Translations under genes and position numbers: made by a program
Source: a virus
Taxonomy: Duplodnaviria; Heunggongvirae; Uroviricota; Caudoviricetes
IMG/VR virus record: IMGVR_UViG_2728369608_000005
Length of the DNA stretch: 36,144 nucleotides
Strand: one strand, 5' to 3'
Notes under the pieces: generated by a model
What the model was told of the DNA's origin: nothing
Seen by the model: only the letters and a program-made list of their open reading frames with translations
The model's database searches: none
Part shown: positions 35,357 to 36,144 of the stretch, one piece after another
Layout: each line of letters opens with the position of its first letter
Position numbering within the stretch: the stretch's first letter is position 1

Positions 35357-35363
35357 CTAATCA

Positions 35364-36144
35364 GGCGGCGAAAGTGGGCGGCATTGTTGCCAACAACACC
35401 TATCCGGCAGATTTCATCTACCAGAACATGATGATTGAGAGCAACATCATTCACGCCGCGCATCAGAACGACGTGAACAAACTGCTGTTTCTCGGATCGT
35501 CCTGTATCTACCCGAAACTGGCAAAACAGCCGATGGCAGAAAGCGAGTTATTGCAGGGTACGCTGGAGCCGACTAACGAGCCTTATGCTATTGCCAAAAT
35601 CGCCGGGATCAAACTGTGCGAATCTTACAACCGCCAGTATGGACGCGATTATCGCTCGGTCATGCCGACCAACCTGTATGGCCCGCATGACAACTTCCAC
35701 CCGAGTAATTCGCATGTGATCCCTGCATTGCTGCGTCGCTTCCACGAGGCGACGGCACAGAATGCACCGGACGTGGTGGTGTGGGGCAGCGGTACACCGA
35801 TGCGCGAATTTCTGCACGTCGATGATATGGCGGCGGCGAGCATTCATGTGATGGAGCTGGCGCACGAAGTCTGGCTGGAGAACACCCAACCGATGCTGTC
35901 GCACATTAACGTCGGCACGGGCGTTGACTGCACTATCCGCGAGCTGGCGCAAACCATCGCCAAAGTGGTGGGTTACAAAGGTCGGGTGGTTTTTGATGCC
36001 AGTAAACCGGATGGTACACCGCGCAAACTGCTGGATGTGACACGCCTGCATCAGCTTGGCTGGTATCACGAAATCTCACTGGAAGCGGGGCTCGCCAGCA
36101 CTTACCAGTGGTTCCTTGAGAATCAAGACCGCTTTCGGGGGTAA
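35364..36144 (+). pseudogene. fcl: GDP-L-fucose synthase gene, 5'-truncated by the prophage insertion
   Basis: Reading frame from 35365 encodes [26 protein letters not shown]... to the C-terminus ...[11 protein letters not shown]; the N-terminal ~62 codons are absent from the window. Confidence 0.85.

Larger units (their letters stand above)
1..35363 (-). mobile_element. Transposable Mu-like prophage, partial (left end outside window); divergent early (+) and late (-) arms
   Basis: DDE transposase plus B-like AAA+ ATPase, Mor and GemA homologs, Mu-type head and tail gene order, terminal direct repeats, and an abrupt junction with host fcl at 35363/35364. Confidence 0.85.

Noticed and set aside
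1-36144. CRISPR array, tRNA/rRNA genes, tyrosine or serine integrase
   Set aside because: No regularly spaced short direct repeats and no recognisable tRNA-like sequence at the junction were seen; integration appears transpositional, consistent with the abrupt junction inside fcl.

Overview
Almost the whole window (1..35363) is one transposable, Mu-like prophage whose right end is inserted into the host gene fcl (GDP-L-fucose synthase, colanic-acid pathway); the left end lies outside the window. The prophage has two divergent arms rather than the colinear Mu layout. The late arm (minus strand, ~24039 down to 1) runs holin, transglycosylase endolysin, spanins, gp27-like, large terminase, portal, F, G, I protease/scaffold, major head, sheath, tube, chaperones, tape measure, baseplate, and ends in an invertible tail-fibre switch. 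The early arm (plus strand, 27111..35224) runs Ner-like, winged-HTH, a conserved early protein, DDE transposase, B-like AAA+ ATPase, a block of small accessory genes, GemA-like, Mor-like and a gp27-like paralog. Between the arms (24040..27022) sits an accessory block: an unknown 188-aa protein, an orphan Dam-type methyltransferase, an AT-rich lipoprotein and the repressor. No tRNA, rRNA, CRISPR array or integrase was seen. The most notable observations are the tail-fibre switch with hix/gix-like crossover sites, the repressor-linked lipoprotein moron, the unassigned 188-aa gene, and the early accessory block. All family names are recognised by eye from the translations and need HMM or BLAST confirmation.
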